A stretch of 64,000 nucleotides of DNA from Eledone cirrhosa (Eukaryota): the NCBI GenBank assembly GCA_964016885.1, contig OZ024743.1:333064001-333128000 (forward strand), in the 5' to 3' direction. The position numbers and the translations under genes are program-made. Of the stretch, positions 1-11,770 are shown piece by piece. The notes under the pieces were generated by a model, which saw only the letters and a program-made list of their open reading frames with translations, ran no database searches and was not told the DNA's origin. Within the stretch, counting starts at the first letter, position 1, and the number at the start of each line of letters is the position of its first letter.

Positions 1-513
1 GATGGAAGTTACAGAGTAGGTAGACCCAGAAAAACCTGGGATGATTTGATAAATTCCGACCTTACACACTTACACCTTTCTAAGACAATGTCACTGGACC
101 AAGATCGCACTAATACAGAAGACCCGCCTTGCCTATGTACATAGCGAAACCTACAGTCAGTAGGCACCTCTTAACCAAATATACACCCCCCACTCCCACT
201 AACACCACCCTCTCTCTGTAAAGTTATGTTGGTACCACAACATCCAGTCCAAACTAAAGAGGTGGTGTAGGTGTCACAACAAAAAAACGCACAGTCCACG
301 CTGTAATGTGGCCGTGTAGCTAACACGGTAAACACCTCCCAGTCCACACTGTAAACGTGGTTGGTGTTAGGAAGGGCATCCAACCGTAGAAAACCTGCCA
401 GACAATCCTACACGAGCGAGACATGGTCTCCCGACCAATCTTGCCTCAAGTGGGACAATTCCCATCTAAACCCATGCTAGCGTGGAAGATAGACGTTAAA
501 CAATGATGATGAT
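1..513 (+). mobile_element. 3' end (ORF C-terminus + 3'UTR + (ATG)n tail) of RTE LINE family A, cut by the window edge
   Basis: Near-colinear with 22460-22986 (GRPRKTWDDLINSDL coding, same 3'UTR); ends acgttaaacaatgatgatgat. Confidence 0.9.
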
Positions 514-582
514 ATCAAGAAATCATTTCAATAAGAGTTACAAGGCACATATTAAAAGAAACTACTGGAGAAAACTTGTGAA

Positions 583-830
583 GGTATGTGGCTTGGTGGT
601 TAGATAATTGGATTCACAATCGTGAGGTTGTGAGTTCGATTCTCAGATTAAACGATACGTCATGTCTTTGAGCAAGACACTTTATTTCACATTCTCTTTC
701 TGCCAGGAGTTGCGACTGGTAGATAGTATCAGCAATTGAGAAGACCAATGGAAATATTGTTTCCTTGGTCCGATTTGATGAGTTCCACTCCACTCGGTAA
801 GTGAGTGAGGTCTGGGATCTTGTCGCTTGT
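583..830 (+). mobile_element. tRNA-derived SINE with CORE-like body (family C)
   Basis: A box tggcttggtggtt, B box gagttcgattc, body tgtctttgagcaagacactttatttcac; same tail as 3711-3920. Confidence 0.75.
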
Positions 831-885
831 TCTTTTAACTGAAGAAAACTAAGATCTTTGATAAGTGAATACAGTGAAAATGAAC

Positions 886-1270
886 TCTTCTCCTCCTCCT
901 TCTCCCACTTATTCCTGAGTCCACAACACTCTCTCCAGCGAGTCCTGTCAGAAGCAACCATCTCCAATTGATCTGTCTGAATCCCCAAGCGAGACCAGCC
1001 AAGCTCATCGAAGTTATCCAATCATCTTGCTCAGCATCTAGCCCCGAGTCTCCTGCTGGTTAGTTTTGCTCATAAAATCTGTCCAGCAATTCTTTCCTGA
1101 GACATTCTAACATGCCCATACTTCAAAGATGTAACTGCTTTATCTGAAGTGACTCCCTGATATCTGAACTATGCACTCCAATGTTACTCCAAAGACCCTT
1201 TGGAGGAACCACATTTCAGCCACTTGTGTTTGCCATTGTATTCTTTTAGTCATTCTAGGTTATTGGATCA
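886..1270 (-). mobile_element. 5'-truncated, degenerate RTE LINE fragment (family E, Expander/Rex3-like C-terminus)
   Basis: Minus strand encodes DNFDELGWSRLGIQTDQLEMVASDRTRWR followed by a (GAA/GGA)n tail; homologous to 6690-7153, 7630-8040 and 24835-25213. Confidence 0.75.
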
Positions 1271-1529
1271 GTTCAAAACAATTTCAGTGTGTTTTTGGGG
1301 ACATTCTTCTATCTCTTCTACTGCTCACCCCATGATAGGTGCCAACACCACCCAAAACTACGTAAAAAAAACCCACCAGAATGTATGTGGCCTCAAGCTC
1401 ATCTAAGAGGTCAGTAGCACTGATTAAGTATTGACTTGGTCTGTGGCAAAGCATCCAACCCTTGCTAGCAGGAAAAACAGACATTAAATATTGCTGATGG
1501 TGAAATAATGATATTTACTATTAATAATA

Positions 1530-1872
1530 GAAGCACATGGCTTAGTGGTTAGAGCATTGGCCTTGCAATCGAAAGGTTGTGAGTTCAATTCTCAGACCAG
1601 GTGATGTGTTGTTTCCTTGAGCAAGACACTTTATTTCACATTGCTCCAGTTTACTCAGCTGTAGAAATGAGATGATAGGGACTGGGGTCCCTATCATTCC
1701 ACTGCAAAGTGGTCGTGGAGGTGCCACGGCAAAAAACCACCCAGCACTCATTGTAAATGAGGTTGGTGTTAGGAAGGGCATCCAGCTGTAGAAATCAAGC
1801 CAGAATCAGTTCCCATCCCACCCTTGCAAGCAGGGAAAAGCGGACGTAAAATGATGATGAAATGATGATGAT
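1530..1872 (+). mobile_element. tRNA-derived SINE family A (tRNA head, CORE-like body, RTE-derived tail)
   Basis: A/B boxes (tggcttagtggtt, gagttcaattc); body ttccttgagcaagacacttt; 3' end cccacccttgcaagcagggaaaagcggacgtaaaatgatga identical to the LINE end at 23966-24007; second copy at 29168-29510. Confidence 0.9.
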
Positions 1873-2297
1873 GAATAATGATTTTTACTGATGATGAAAT
1901 AATTGTTTCTACTTTTGGCACAAGGCCAGCAATTACCCCAGTGCACTGGTGCTTGGGGTAATAACTCTATACTGGGTCATAACTCTATACTGCAAAGCAT
2001 GTTGTCTGATGCTCTACCGATACTGCCAATCTACCTGATGATGAAATAATGGAGCAAAAACAGTGGAAAAAAAACAACTAGACAATAGACATTTTAACTA
2101 AATGTCATGTATTTAAGAGTCAGAAAGACAACTTTGCATCTAACCCTAATAGCAGGTAATCAACCCAGTAAAGTCTGATGTAGGATTAGTTAGTATTAAA
2201 TTAAGAAGGCCACAAATCTACATTGATGGAATAATAGTAATGATGTCATTAGCTTGTTCAAAAGTATTGATAATAAGCACAACTATAGATTTACATA

Positions 2298-2645
2298 AGC
2301 AGCAAATTGGCAGAGTTGTTGACTGTCAGATAGAATGCTTTGCAGTATTTGTTTCGGCTCTCTGTTTTCTGAGTTCAAATCCCACCGATGTCAGCTTTGC
2401 TTTTCATCCATTTAAGGTAAAAAATAAAAAAGTACCAGTCCAGTACTGGGGTTGATTTTTCCTCTATTTCTCTTTCTTACTTTCATTCTCTCACTCTCTA
2501 TCCTTCTCTGGAAGAAATCTGCTGTATTCAGACCTGTAGAGGAACTCGACTTCACTAGGTTTATAAAATGCTAAAGAATCACCATATATCAGTACAGTAC
2601 CCATATGACTCCCTCAGGAGTTACATGACCACACATACATAGATT
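2298..2645 (+). mobile_element. tRNA-derived SINE family B (body gcctttcatcctttcgaggtcgataaaa, (ACAT)n tail)
   Basis: tggcagag A box and gagttcaaatccc B box; homologous copies at 4493-4803, 25500-25807 and partial 31140-31260. Confidence 0.75.
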
Positions 2646-2657
2646 TACACAAGTTAA

Positions 2658-2874
2658 CCCATTAGCATTTACATTACTCTATATTTACTATTATATTTTC
2701 ATGGTAAACACTTTATGTTACATAATTATCTCACATATATCGAATTTATGAGATTTTGATATTTATTTTGAGAACAACACCTCAATATAAGTATAAGTAG
2801 CCAGTTATGGCTGGTTTGAACGGAAAGAGGTGAGAGAATTACGGCTGGATATGGCCGGTTTAAATGCTAAAGGG
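2658..2874. mobile_element. piggyBac-type MITE
   Basis: TTAA at 2654-2657 and 2875-2878 flank 14-bp TIRs cccattagcattta / taaatgctaaaggg (13/14 match) with CCC...GGG termini. Confidence 0.8.
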
Positions 2875-3436
2875 TTAACATAGTCAATATTTACCCCTCT
2901 TTATCATAAACCAGATTATACAGTACTGTAGATAGTAACTAAGAACTAGAATGCAATAAATGACTGGTATTTAGTTATTTCCAGCTTCTCTGTGGTGGAC
3001 CAAGGACAAGGACATTGGAGGTCTTCATGACAACTGGCATAAAAAGTAAATGGTCAGTCAATGCCTGCTACTTATCATTATCATCAGTGTTTAATGTCTG
3101 CTTTCTCTGCTAGCAAGTGTTGGACAGGTCTACATACACCAAGTCAGTACTGAAGTGGGGCTACTGACCTCCCAGACAGGCTGGAGTGGGGTCTGCATCT
3201 CACTTACATACAAGTCTTACATTCTATCAAGTGTCCAGGGGAGGTCTTTTGACACAAACTGTGTTTTATATCTTATACCGTTTGCATTAATTTATCATTT
3301 TAAATTGTAATTTGATTGGAAGACTTCAAAATGTAAAATTAATGGAAAATCAATTTCTTGATTATTATTAAAAGCTTCATATATCTGGCTGATTAAAATA
3401 CTGACAATTAACATGTCATTATAAGCTTTGTGTGAA

Positions 3437-3920
3437 CGTGTGTGGCTTAGTGGTCAGAGAATTAGATTCGTAGTGGTGTTTGACATGACCCGCAGCTAAA
3501 GTCAAGCCTTCAGACTAGTAGGGCAGTATGGCAAGGTTTACTGTAAATGTGGTTGGTGTTAGAAAGGGCATCCAGCCATAGAGACCAAGCCAGAAGCAGT
3601 TCTGTGTGAGCAAGACATAATCATCTGATCTGACTTGTCTCACAACAGGACAACCCATCTAATCTATGCTAGTGTGGAAAAATGAACGTTAAATGGTGAT
3701 GATGAGGATGAATCATGAGATTGTGAGTTCGATTCCTGGATTGGGCAATGTGTTATATCCTTCAGCAAGACACTTTATTTCCCGTTGCTATTTCTGCCAG
3801 GAGTTGCAACTGGTAGATAGTATCAGCAATGGAAAGTCCAATGGAAACATTGTTTCTTTGGTTTGATTTGACGAGTTCCACCCCATTCAGTAAGCAAATG
3901 AGGTTTGGGATCTTGTCGAT
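3437..3920 (+). mobile_element. SINE family C interrupted by an RTE-tailed insertion (~3474-3710)
   Basis: A box at 3441 is separated from the B box (gagttcgattcc, ~3725) by a segment ending gaacgttaaatggtgatgatgag; the remainder matches 583-830. Confidence 0.7.
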
Positions 3921-4034
3921 CAATACCACATAAGCTTTATATATCTGACCGTTGAATAAAATACTGACAACTAACATGTTATTAAAAGCCAGCTAAAGCT
4001 AACTTTAAACTCATTTCTTTCTATAAGGAACAGT

Positions 4035-4353
4035 GGATGCAGTGTGGCTGAATGTTTAAGATGTTTGCAATCTTAAGGTCCTGAGTTCAATCCCATTTAT
4101 CATAATCTCAGGTTAACCCATGCCTTGTGAGTGAAACTGAGTATGTGGAAACTGTTTGGAAGCCCATCAGCTAGACTGTACTTGTAATTGAAAGGGTCAA
4201 CCTTGTCACACAGAGTCAAGCTGAATCTCTCTCATGAGAATTACATTAAGTATATGTGTGTCTGTGGAATGCTCAGCCACTAAGATGTTAATTTCTTGAG
4301 CAGGCTGTTCCATTGATTGAACAACTGGAACAGTCATTGCTGAAACCAATGGA
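4035..4353 (+). mobile_element. Degenerate tRNA-derived SINE
   Basis: gtggctgaatgtttaag A-box-like and gagttcaatccc B box; body tgccttgtgagtgaaa...ggaaactg...gaagcccatc. Confidence 0.55.
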
Positions 4354-4492
4354 TCAAGATTGAGTTCATATGAACTAGAAACCCTTCCATGATTACTCTT
4401 GGGTCTTGAATAATCACCTCCGACTCTGCTTATTAATTTTTCCAATATTTTCCACCCACCTTTGTTTATTAAATTTTGCTAATCTATCTCCT

Positions 4493-4803
4493 AGGCAGTG
4501 AATTGGCAGAGTCGTTAGAAAGTCGGATAGAATGTTTTATGGTATTCGTTCCAGCTCTCTGAGTTCAAATCCCACCGAGGTCAACTTTGCCTTTCATCCT
4601 TTCGAGGTTGATAAAAAAATGACCAGTCAATTCTTCCTCTATATCTCTTTCTCACTTTCCAACTTTCTCTGGAAGAAATCTGCTGTACTCAGGCCTGGAG
4701 AGGGATGGGTTCTGCCAGGCTTAAGATGCCCAAGAAACGCTGTATGTCAACACAGCACCCATACAACTCTATCAGGAGTTACGGGATCATACATACATAT
4801 ACA
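4493..4803 (+). mobile_element. SINE family B
   Basis: ggcagtgaattggcagagtcgttag...gagttcaaatcccaccgaggtcaactttgcctttcatcctttcgagg...catacatacat. Confidence 0.8.
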
Positions 4804-5544
4804 ATCTATCTCCAGTGTTATTTTATTTTAAGTCGCAGCATTCCTGTGACAATTAATTTTCTTTAGACACTAAAAAACATTATACATGACAAAAGAAGTA
4901 CATTACAAGAAATCCCATACATTATAAAATAAATAGAATGGGTTGGGGTTTCAATATATGGACTAAATGACTAATTCTGGTTTTTAAAAACATCAACAGA
5001 GACAACTTTGAAAAATTACCAATTTTCTACCACCACCCATGCTTATTTCCCTTGCGCCCCTATTATTTGGGACCCATGAGTAGATCTGAAGAGAATGAAA
5101 GATAGAGGGCCAGGTTTTTCAGAAACATTTCTTCTGAAGTTACAGAAACATACCTCAATTTTTATTTATTTATTTATCTATTTATTCTTTCATGAATTCT
5201 CATCCTAAAATACATACATGTTCAAATTTCCTGAAGAGATGGGAATACGATTTGCAGTTTGTGAGTAAAATTGAACAGATATGTCTCAATAGAAACATAT
5301 GTGGTATGGAAGTTGTGGGGGCATCATAGTAGCATACGCTGTCTCTTGGGCATTTTAAGCCTGGTAGAACCCATCACTCTCCATATCTGAACACAGCAGA
5401 TTTCTTACAGAGAAGGATAGAAAGTGAGAAAGAGATGTAGAGGAAGAGTTGACTCCAGTAAGAACAAATTAAATGGAGGACCTTCAATTTCTGTTATTCT
5501 TACAGAATATGTGTTTGTGTGAGTGTATATATATATAGTTGTTG

Positions 5545-5797
5545 TGTTGGTGGCATGACAAAAAGCACCCAGTCCATACTGTAAAGTGGTCATGATGGTG
5601 ACATGACAAAAAGTACCCATTTCACACTGTAAATGTGGTTGCCATTAAGAAAGGCATCCAACCATAGAAATCAAGCCAGAAACAATTCTGTATGAGGAAG
5701 ACATGGTCATCTGATCTGACTTGTTTCAGAGTAGGACCACTTGTCTAACCCATGCTAGCATGGAAAATGGACGTTAAACAGTGATAATGATGATGAT
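5545..5797 (+). mobile_element. RTE-tail/SINE-body fragment
   Basis: cccagtccatactgtaaagtggt subrepeats, aaggcatccaaccatagaaa, and tail catgctagcatggaaaatggacgttaaac...(ATG)n. Confidence 0.65.
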
Positions 5798-6369
5798 AAC
5801 AATTTGTATCCAGTTTAGAACAGGTACACTGTATACATGTGTGTCATAAGAAGCAACTAAAAGGGTTGGTGCCAGGAAGGACTTCTGGCTGTAAAACACT
5901 GCCCCTAAAAGTTCTGTCATATTCATGCTAGCATCTTTGGTCCTCCAGCCAGGTGATGACCATGGTGTAGCTAGCCATAGAGTATCCTATATATGACACA
6001 CAAGTCTGACATATCCACTACAGAGGATATCTGTGGAGTGGCTGTGTGTGCAATTCTATCTCGCCAGGTGATTGGAAGGATCTGGAAACACTCAATATTA
6101 AAGGCATCATACAATCTACCTTTTTGCTCAGTTCTTAACTGAATATTATTTGTTACAAACTTTTCTCGTGCTTTCAGGTCAAGCAAAAGATATAGCCCAA
6201 ACATCTGTCGCAGTATTGAAGGAACTTTTGGCTAAAGTACTGAAGCTACTCACATCTGTGACCACAGTATCTTTTAAAATGTCTGACCTGCAGTGAATCA
6301 TCGATAGATTAGCTCATTAGATTTCTATTGGACAATCAGATATTTAGTGAGGTTATTAATTAATAGTAG

Positions 6370-6595
6370 TAAGGGTTACAATCATAATGTTATGGGTTCG
6401 ATTCCTGGGCTGGGTTGTGTGTTGTGTTCTTGAGCAAAACACTTCATTTCACATTGCTCCAGTATACTCAGCTGAAAATGAGTATGAGCAATAGCTGGTG
6501 GTGTAATCCTGCAATGGACTGGCGTCCTGTCCATGGGGGAGACTTGTACTCTCAGTCGCTTCACACCACAAAACCAGGATAAGCACCGGCCTGAC
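6370..6595 (+). mobile_element. tRNA-derived SINE with CORE-like body
   Basis: gggttcgattcc B box; ttgtgttcttgagcaaaacacttcatttcacattgctccag. Confidence 0.65.
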
Positions 6596-6689
6596 TTTTG
6601 ACTAGGTTTAGACTATTAATCAATAATTACATTTATATAAATTACTCCCAGAAATTAATAATCATCATCATTATCATTTTATATCCACT

Positions 6690-7153
6690 TATTATCTTCA
6701 ATTTGGTATTTGTGCCAACTCTTACTTATGGTCATGAATCTTGGGTAATGACTGAAAGAATACGATCGTGAATACAAGCAGCCGAAATAGGGTTCCTCAA
6801 AAGGATCTTTGGAGTAATGTTACTTGATAAAGTGTGTAGTTCGGAGATCAGAGAGTCACTCTAGATAGAGCTGCTACTTCTCCGAACTGAGAGATCAAGG
6901 CTCCAATACTATGGGCATGTGCTTAGAATGTCTCAGGAAAGAATCACTGGACAGATATTACAGGCAAAACCAACCGGCAGGAGACCCAGATGTAGATCCT
7001 GAGGAAGATGGTTAGATAACATCGATGAGCTTGGGTGGTTTCGCTTGGAGAACCAGCCGAATCAGATGGAGTCGGTTGCTTCTAACAGGAGCCGCTGGAA
7101 GGAGTGTTTGAGGACTCTTTTCCCCCCTCCCAGGAATAAGTGGGTGAAGAAGA
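6690..7153 (+). mobile_element. RTE LINE family E 3' fragment
   Basis: Encodes IQAAEIGFLKRIFGVMLLDKV..SSEIRESL..ELLLLRTERSRLQYYGHVLRMSQERI (with stops); tail gtgggtgaagaaga. Confidence 0.8.
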
Positions 7154-7629
7154 ACCATTTATTTATTCATTCATCCAAACAATTTAAACGTCTGTATAGA
7201 GATAGTAAGCCATGACAGACTAAGGAAAGTATCTAGTACTTCTTACAGTTGGTAGATCTTTTACAATATATAGTATCTCCAACCTTGGTAGTTTTTCCAC
7301 GCTCATGTGGGTTGGATGGATCATTTTTTGTCATCACCTGTGTGAGGTTTAGTGTTTTGAGATCAGCTCTCACCACTTCTGCCCAGGTCTTCCTTTACTG
7401 CAGTTTCTTCCCACTTGGATCTCTAAGTATATCTTCACCCCAACAATCACCATCCATGCATATCACATGTCCATACCAGCACAGTCTTCTATCTTGCACA
7501 CAATATTTAATTTTGATTAATTTCTAACAGACACAAGGATACAAATTTGGAACAAATATTGCAAGGCATTCTATTAAATCCTTTAATGATTTTGCCAATT
7601 TACTGCCCAATATCTTCTTTACTCATTTA

Positions 7630-8040
7630 TTCCTGGAAAGAATGCCTTCCAGCGGGTCCTGTCAGAAGCAACTGTCCCCAATTAATACGGCTGGATCTCT
7701 AAGTGAGACAAGCTGAGCCCATGGATGCTAGCCAACAATTCTTGCTCAGGGTCTACCCCTGGGTCTCCTGCCAGCTGGTTTTGTCTGCAAAATCTGTCCA
7801 GTGATTCTTTCTTTAGACATTCTAACCACATGACTGTAGTATCAGAACTGTGATTTCTCAATTCAGAGAAGTAGCAGTTCTACCAGGAGCTACACACTCT
7901 ATCGAGTAACGTTACTTCAAAGACCCTTCGGAGGAACCCCGTTTTGGACTCATGTATTCGTGTTTGTATTCTTTTGATCATTACCCAAGATTCGTAAACA
8001 TTGGTAACCATTGGCAGCAATACCAAATTGAAGATTGCGA
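7630..8040 (-). mobile_element. RTE LINE family E 3' fragment
   Basis: Reverse-complement homologue of 6690-7153. Confidence 0.75.
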
Positions 8041-8048
8041 GTTTGTCT

Positions 8049-8532
8049 CATCATCATCATCATCGTTTAACGTCCATATTCCACGCTTGCATGGGTTTGG
8101 ACGGGAGTTTTCCCACTTGAGGCAAGAGTGGTTGTCTTGCTCGCATAGGACTGTCTGGCGGGTTTTCTACGGCTGGATGCCCTTCCTAACACCAACCACG
8201 TTTACAGTGTGGAACTGGGAGGTTTTTACCGTGTTACCTACACGGCCACATTACAACGTGGACTGTGTGTTTTTTGTCGTGACACCTACACGACCTCATT
8301 TGTTTCGGCCTGGATGTTGTGGTACCAACATAACTTTACATTGACAGGGGCGGTGTGTATGGGGGTGTATTTTGTTAGAGGTGCCTACTGACTGTAGTAG
8401 GTTTTACTTTGTATTTAGGTAAGGCGGGTCTTCTCTATTACTGAGTACCGCCAAAGATCTCGGTCCAGTGACATTGTCTCGGAGAGGTGTAGGTGTGTGA
8501 GGTCGGAATTTATCAAGTCGTCCCAGGTTTTT
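8049..8532 (-). mobile_element. RTE LINE family A 3' fragment
   Basis: Reverse complement of 22490-22986, with a (CAT)n tail at the left end. Confidence 0.9.
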
Positions 8533-8604
8533 CAATCCTAATTTGTACAACGGTGGTGTTTTGTGGTCAATATATGAACATATATTGAATGCAATGAAAT
8601 TTAC

Positions 8605-8790
8605 AGCTCACACCTACATAGGTTTAACTGGTCTCCTACTAGGTTGTATCTCATGGGAGGTTTCTAAAGTGTTTTAATGATAGGGGACCCAGTGTTGTTG
8701 TTAAAGCTCACACCTATATATGTTTAGCTAGCCTCCTACGAGGTTGTATTTCATAGGAAATTTCTTGGATGTTTTAATAAGGGACACAGT
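8605..8790. repeat. ~100-bp tandem repeat (about 1.8 units) with an inverted copy at 9072-9184
   Basis: agctcacaccta at 8605 and 8705; 9072-9184 is the reverse complement of ~8608-8722. Confidence 0.75.
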
Positions 8791-9187
8791 TCTACCATGA
8801 AAAGCAATGTGGAATGAAGTGTCTTGCTCAAGAATATAATGTGCTTAACTGGGGCAGGAATGAAACCTACGATTCTGAGTCCAACACGCTAACCACTAGA
8901 CCAAGTGTCTTCACTGAGGCTAATGTAGGAATATCAGCATAAAGAGATATTCACTATTCAGCTATTTAAAAAAAGGGTCAAAGTATTCTCAAACCAAAGA
9001 GATTAACCAGGCTGAAACTTGTTCCAGTTTCATGAAGCAGAACAGTTGAGGGTACAAGACATTTGTACTGACATATAGATGTGAGCTTTAACAACAACAC
9101 TGGGTCCCCTATCATTAAAACACTTTAGAAACCTCCTATGAGATACAACTTAGTAGGAGGCCAGTTAAAGCTATATAGGTGTGAAGA

Positions 9188-9605
9188 GCCGCCTTCCCTA
9201 CGTGCAAAGTTAACCTACAGTCAGTAGGTCCCTCCTAACCAAATATGCACCCCAACCCGCTACCCCTACTCCATCCTCCCACTCCCACCAACACCACCCT
9301 TTCTCTGTAAAGTTATGTTGGTACCACAACATCCAGTCCAAACTAAAGAGGTGGTCTAGGTGTCACAACAAAAAACACACAGTCCACGCTGTAATGTGGT
9401 CGTGTAGGAAACACGGTAAAAAGGCTCCCAGTCCACACTGTAAATGTGGTTGGTATTAGGAAGGGCATCCAGCTGTAGAAAATCTGCCAGATAAGTCCTA
9501 TATGAGTGAGAGACAGTCACCCGATCAATGTTGCCTCAAATGGGACAATTCCCGTCTAACCCATGCTAGCGTGGAAGATAGCCGGTAAACGATGATGATG
9601 ATGAT
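9188..9605 (+). mobile_element. RTE LINE family A 3'UTR fragment
   Basis: Matches 125-513; (ATG)n tail. Confidence 0.85.
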
Positions 9606-10777
9606 AACTGAGGGTATATGAATGGACAGTAGCATTGAGTGAGGAGATAAGACTGGTCAGTGCTGTTGAGTGAGGGTACAAGACTAGACAATAGCATTCA
9701 GTGAGATAGTAAAATGGGATCAGTTTATATTCGAAGTCAATATTTTACCTATTTTCATCAACTTCAAAATTCTACGTAAATGAGGCGCTGAAATGTTTTG
9801 TGGGGTGAATATTACACCGGTTTCATTTTGGAGGTGAAATTCGTATTTCCTATTTTTTTTAATGCGAAATGCGTTTTGAATGAATGTAGCTTTGAAAACG
9901 GTCAGAAATTGTTAAAAATATCATTATGAGTTGTGAAACAAAAACGACACTTAAAACATTTTAAATATCAAAATATTAAAACTTCATAAATATATTCTCT
10001 GCTCATGAGAATTTAAAAACCGCACCATCTAAACATGTGTTGATTACCTGCCTCGACTTATAAACGGAGTTTGAACTTTTATCCATTTCTCAGACATATA
10101 ATAGGGGGTCGACTTATATAAGCTTCTATGTATAACTCTAGAAATAGCAGCCAAATCTCCCTCAAATCAAGCCATGCTATCTTTAAAAAAAGGAAAGATA
10201 CATTGGATAATGTAATCATAGGAAGAAAAGATGGGATAATCACAGCCGGAACACTTCGATTATAGAATTGAACAATCAAAGCTGCCCGAGTTAACCTTGC
10301 GTTACAAGATTTTTAGTAAAAGACAAAGAATATAATTTTCAAATCATTTTTAAAATGATTCATTAATTCCAAGGATTTAATAATGTTTCTCATTATTTAG
10401 CTGGTTCTGACATTAAATTATGATGGAAGATTTGGTATCAAAAGGGTTACAACATCCAAACAATTCATATCCATTGAATATATTATAATGTTGATTATCT
10501 CCCCCTGAACAGTCAGAAATATTTAAAAACTATTGAATCAAGGGAGCTTACTAAACACCAGCCAGTTGGTAACATTAAAATATAAGAGTTGCGACCTTGT
10601 CGACAAGAACGGACATGTGTATTAGATGCTTTGTTTGAAGTGTGAGAGTGTGACACAATAAATGCCAAGTAGTTTTCAAAAGAATCTGGAATGATTTCCA
10701 GCACGAGGAGTACGAATATGAAAGAGTAGCTAAATTCTAAGAAAGTAGTTAGGAGCTATCTAGGTAATATCTATGAC

Positions 10778-11059
10778 ATCATCATTTAACGTCCGCTTTC
10801 CCTGCTATCACGGGTTGGTCGGGCCTACAGAGACCAAGTCAGTAGTGAAGCGGGTTTATTGATCTCCCAGACAAGCCAAGGCGTCTGCATCCTTCTTAAG
10901 TACGGTCATACGTTCTATCGAGTGCAGAGGAGAAAGCTGTCGTGTCTTTTGACACAAACTGAAGGGTCCTTCCAACCCTTTGTTTGGCAAGATTTCTATG
11001 GCTGGATGCTCATACTAACGCCAACCACTTTACAGCGCATACTGGGTACCTTTCTATAC
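10778..11059 (-). mobile_element. Short RTE-tailed retroelement with a 16-bp target-site duplication
   Basis: aggtaatatctatgac (10762-10777) and aggtaatatctttgac (11060-11075) flank an element with a (CAT)n tail; related copy at ~3074-3262. Confidence 0.75.
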
Positions 11060-11341
11060 AGGTAATATCTTTGACTCCATATATGATATTCTATAGGTAG
11101 GGTCTATGGCACTCTATGGGTAATGCCTGTTTACCAATAACTGATAATTGGCAGGTGATAAGTTATCACCTGCTATAATCAATGCTATTGCAGTAACAAA
11201 TGAGGGGCTATCAAGAAACTCCTGACAGTTTAGAAATCTAGGAATGATGATGAGGATGATGTTAATCCAACAGTGTTATATTTGAGATATGACATGGGAA
11301 ATCAATGGTTCATTTACCTGGCCATATATATATATATATAT

Positions 11342-11433
11342 AAATGGCTTCTACAGGACTAGTACTGTTTCATTCGTATGAAATCATCAATGATTTCATA
11401 CGAATGAAAGTTCTAGTCTTGTAGAAGTCATTT
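11342..11433. repeat. Long near-perfect palindrome (fold-back) in DNAAF2 intron 1
   Basis: tttcattcgtatgaaatca (11368-11386) pairs perfectly with tgatttcatacgaatgaaa (11391-11409); the outer 24-bp arms pair with 3 differences. Confidence 0.85.
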
Positions 11434-11770
11434 CTATATTAAATATTGATGTTTTCACTCTACTAATGTAGTGAGTACCTTATTTACTGTTATGACCCCC
11501 CCCCCCCGGATATATATATATATATATCTCTCTCTCTCTGTATATATATATATATATATAGAGAGAGAGATAATTCAGTGTGTTGGTATATTGAACTAGT
11601 AAATTCAGTGTGGTTTGATGGTCTATAGAAATGAACTTGAATCTTCTTAATGAGAATATTCTTTATGTAATATAATTAATGATTACATTATGTGTTAATT
11701 AATTGTCATCATATCACATTACATACATTTGGTAGTCTCAAATAATTAATAAAAGAAAGTGATAACCTAC

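Noticed and set aside
1530-1605. tRNA genes at A/B-box sequences
   Set aside because: These are SINE heads continuing into SINE bodies, with no full cloverleaf or poly-T terminator
1888-2046. CTGATGA..GAAA strings as hammerheads
   Set aside because: Derived from (ATG)n tails; no stem II or flanking helices
5971-6290. Candidate downstream DNAAF2 exon
   Set aside because: No recognisable kintoun similarity; KGRLYDA resembles RTE sequence; splice signals unconvincing
11738-11770. Last residues (VGYHFLLLII) of the 589-aa ORF
   Set aside because: They follow a good GAG|GTAGGT donor and run into AT-rich sequence, so they are probably intron read-through
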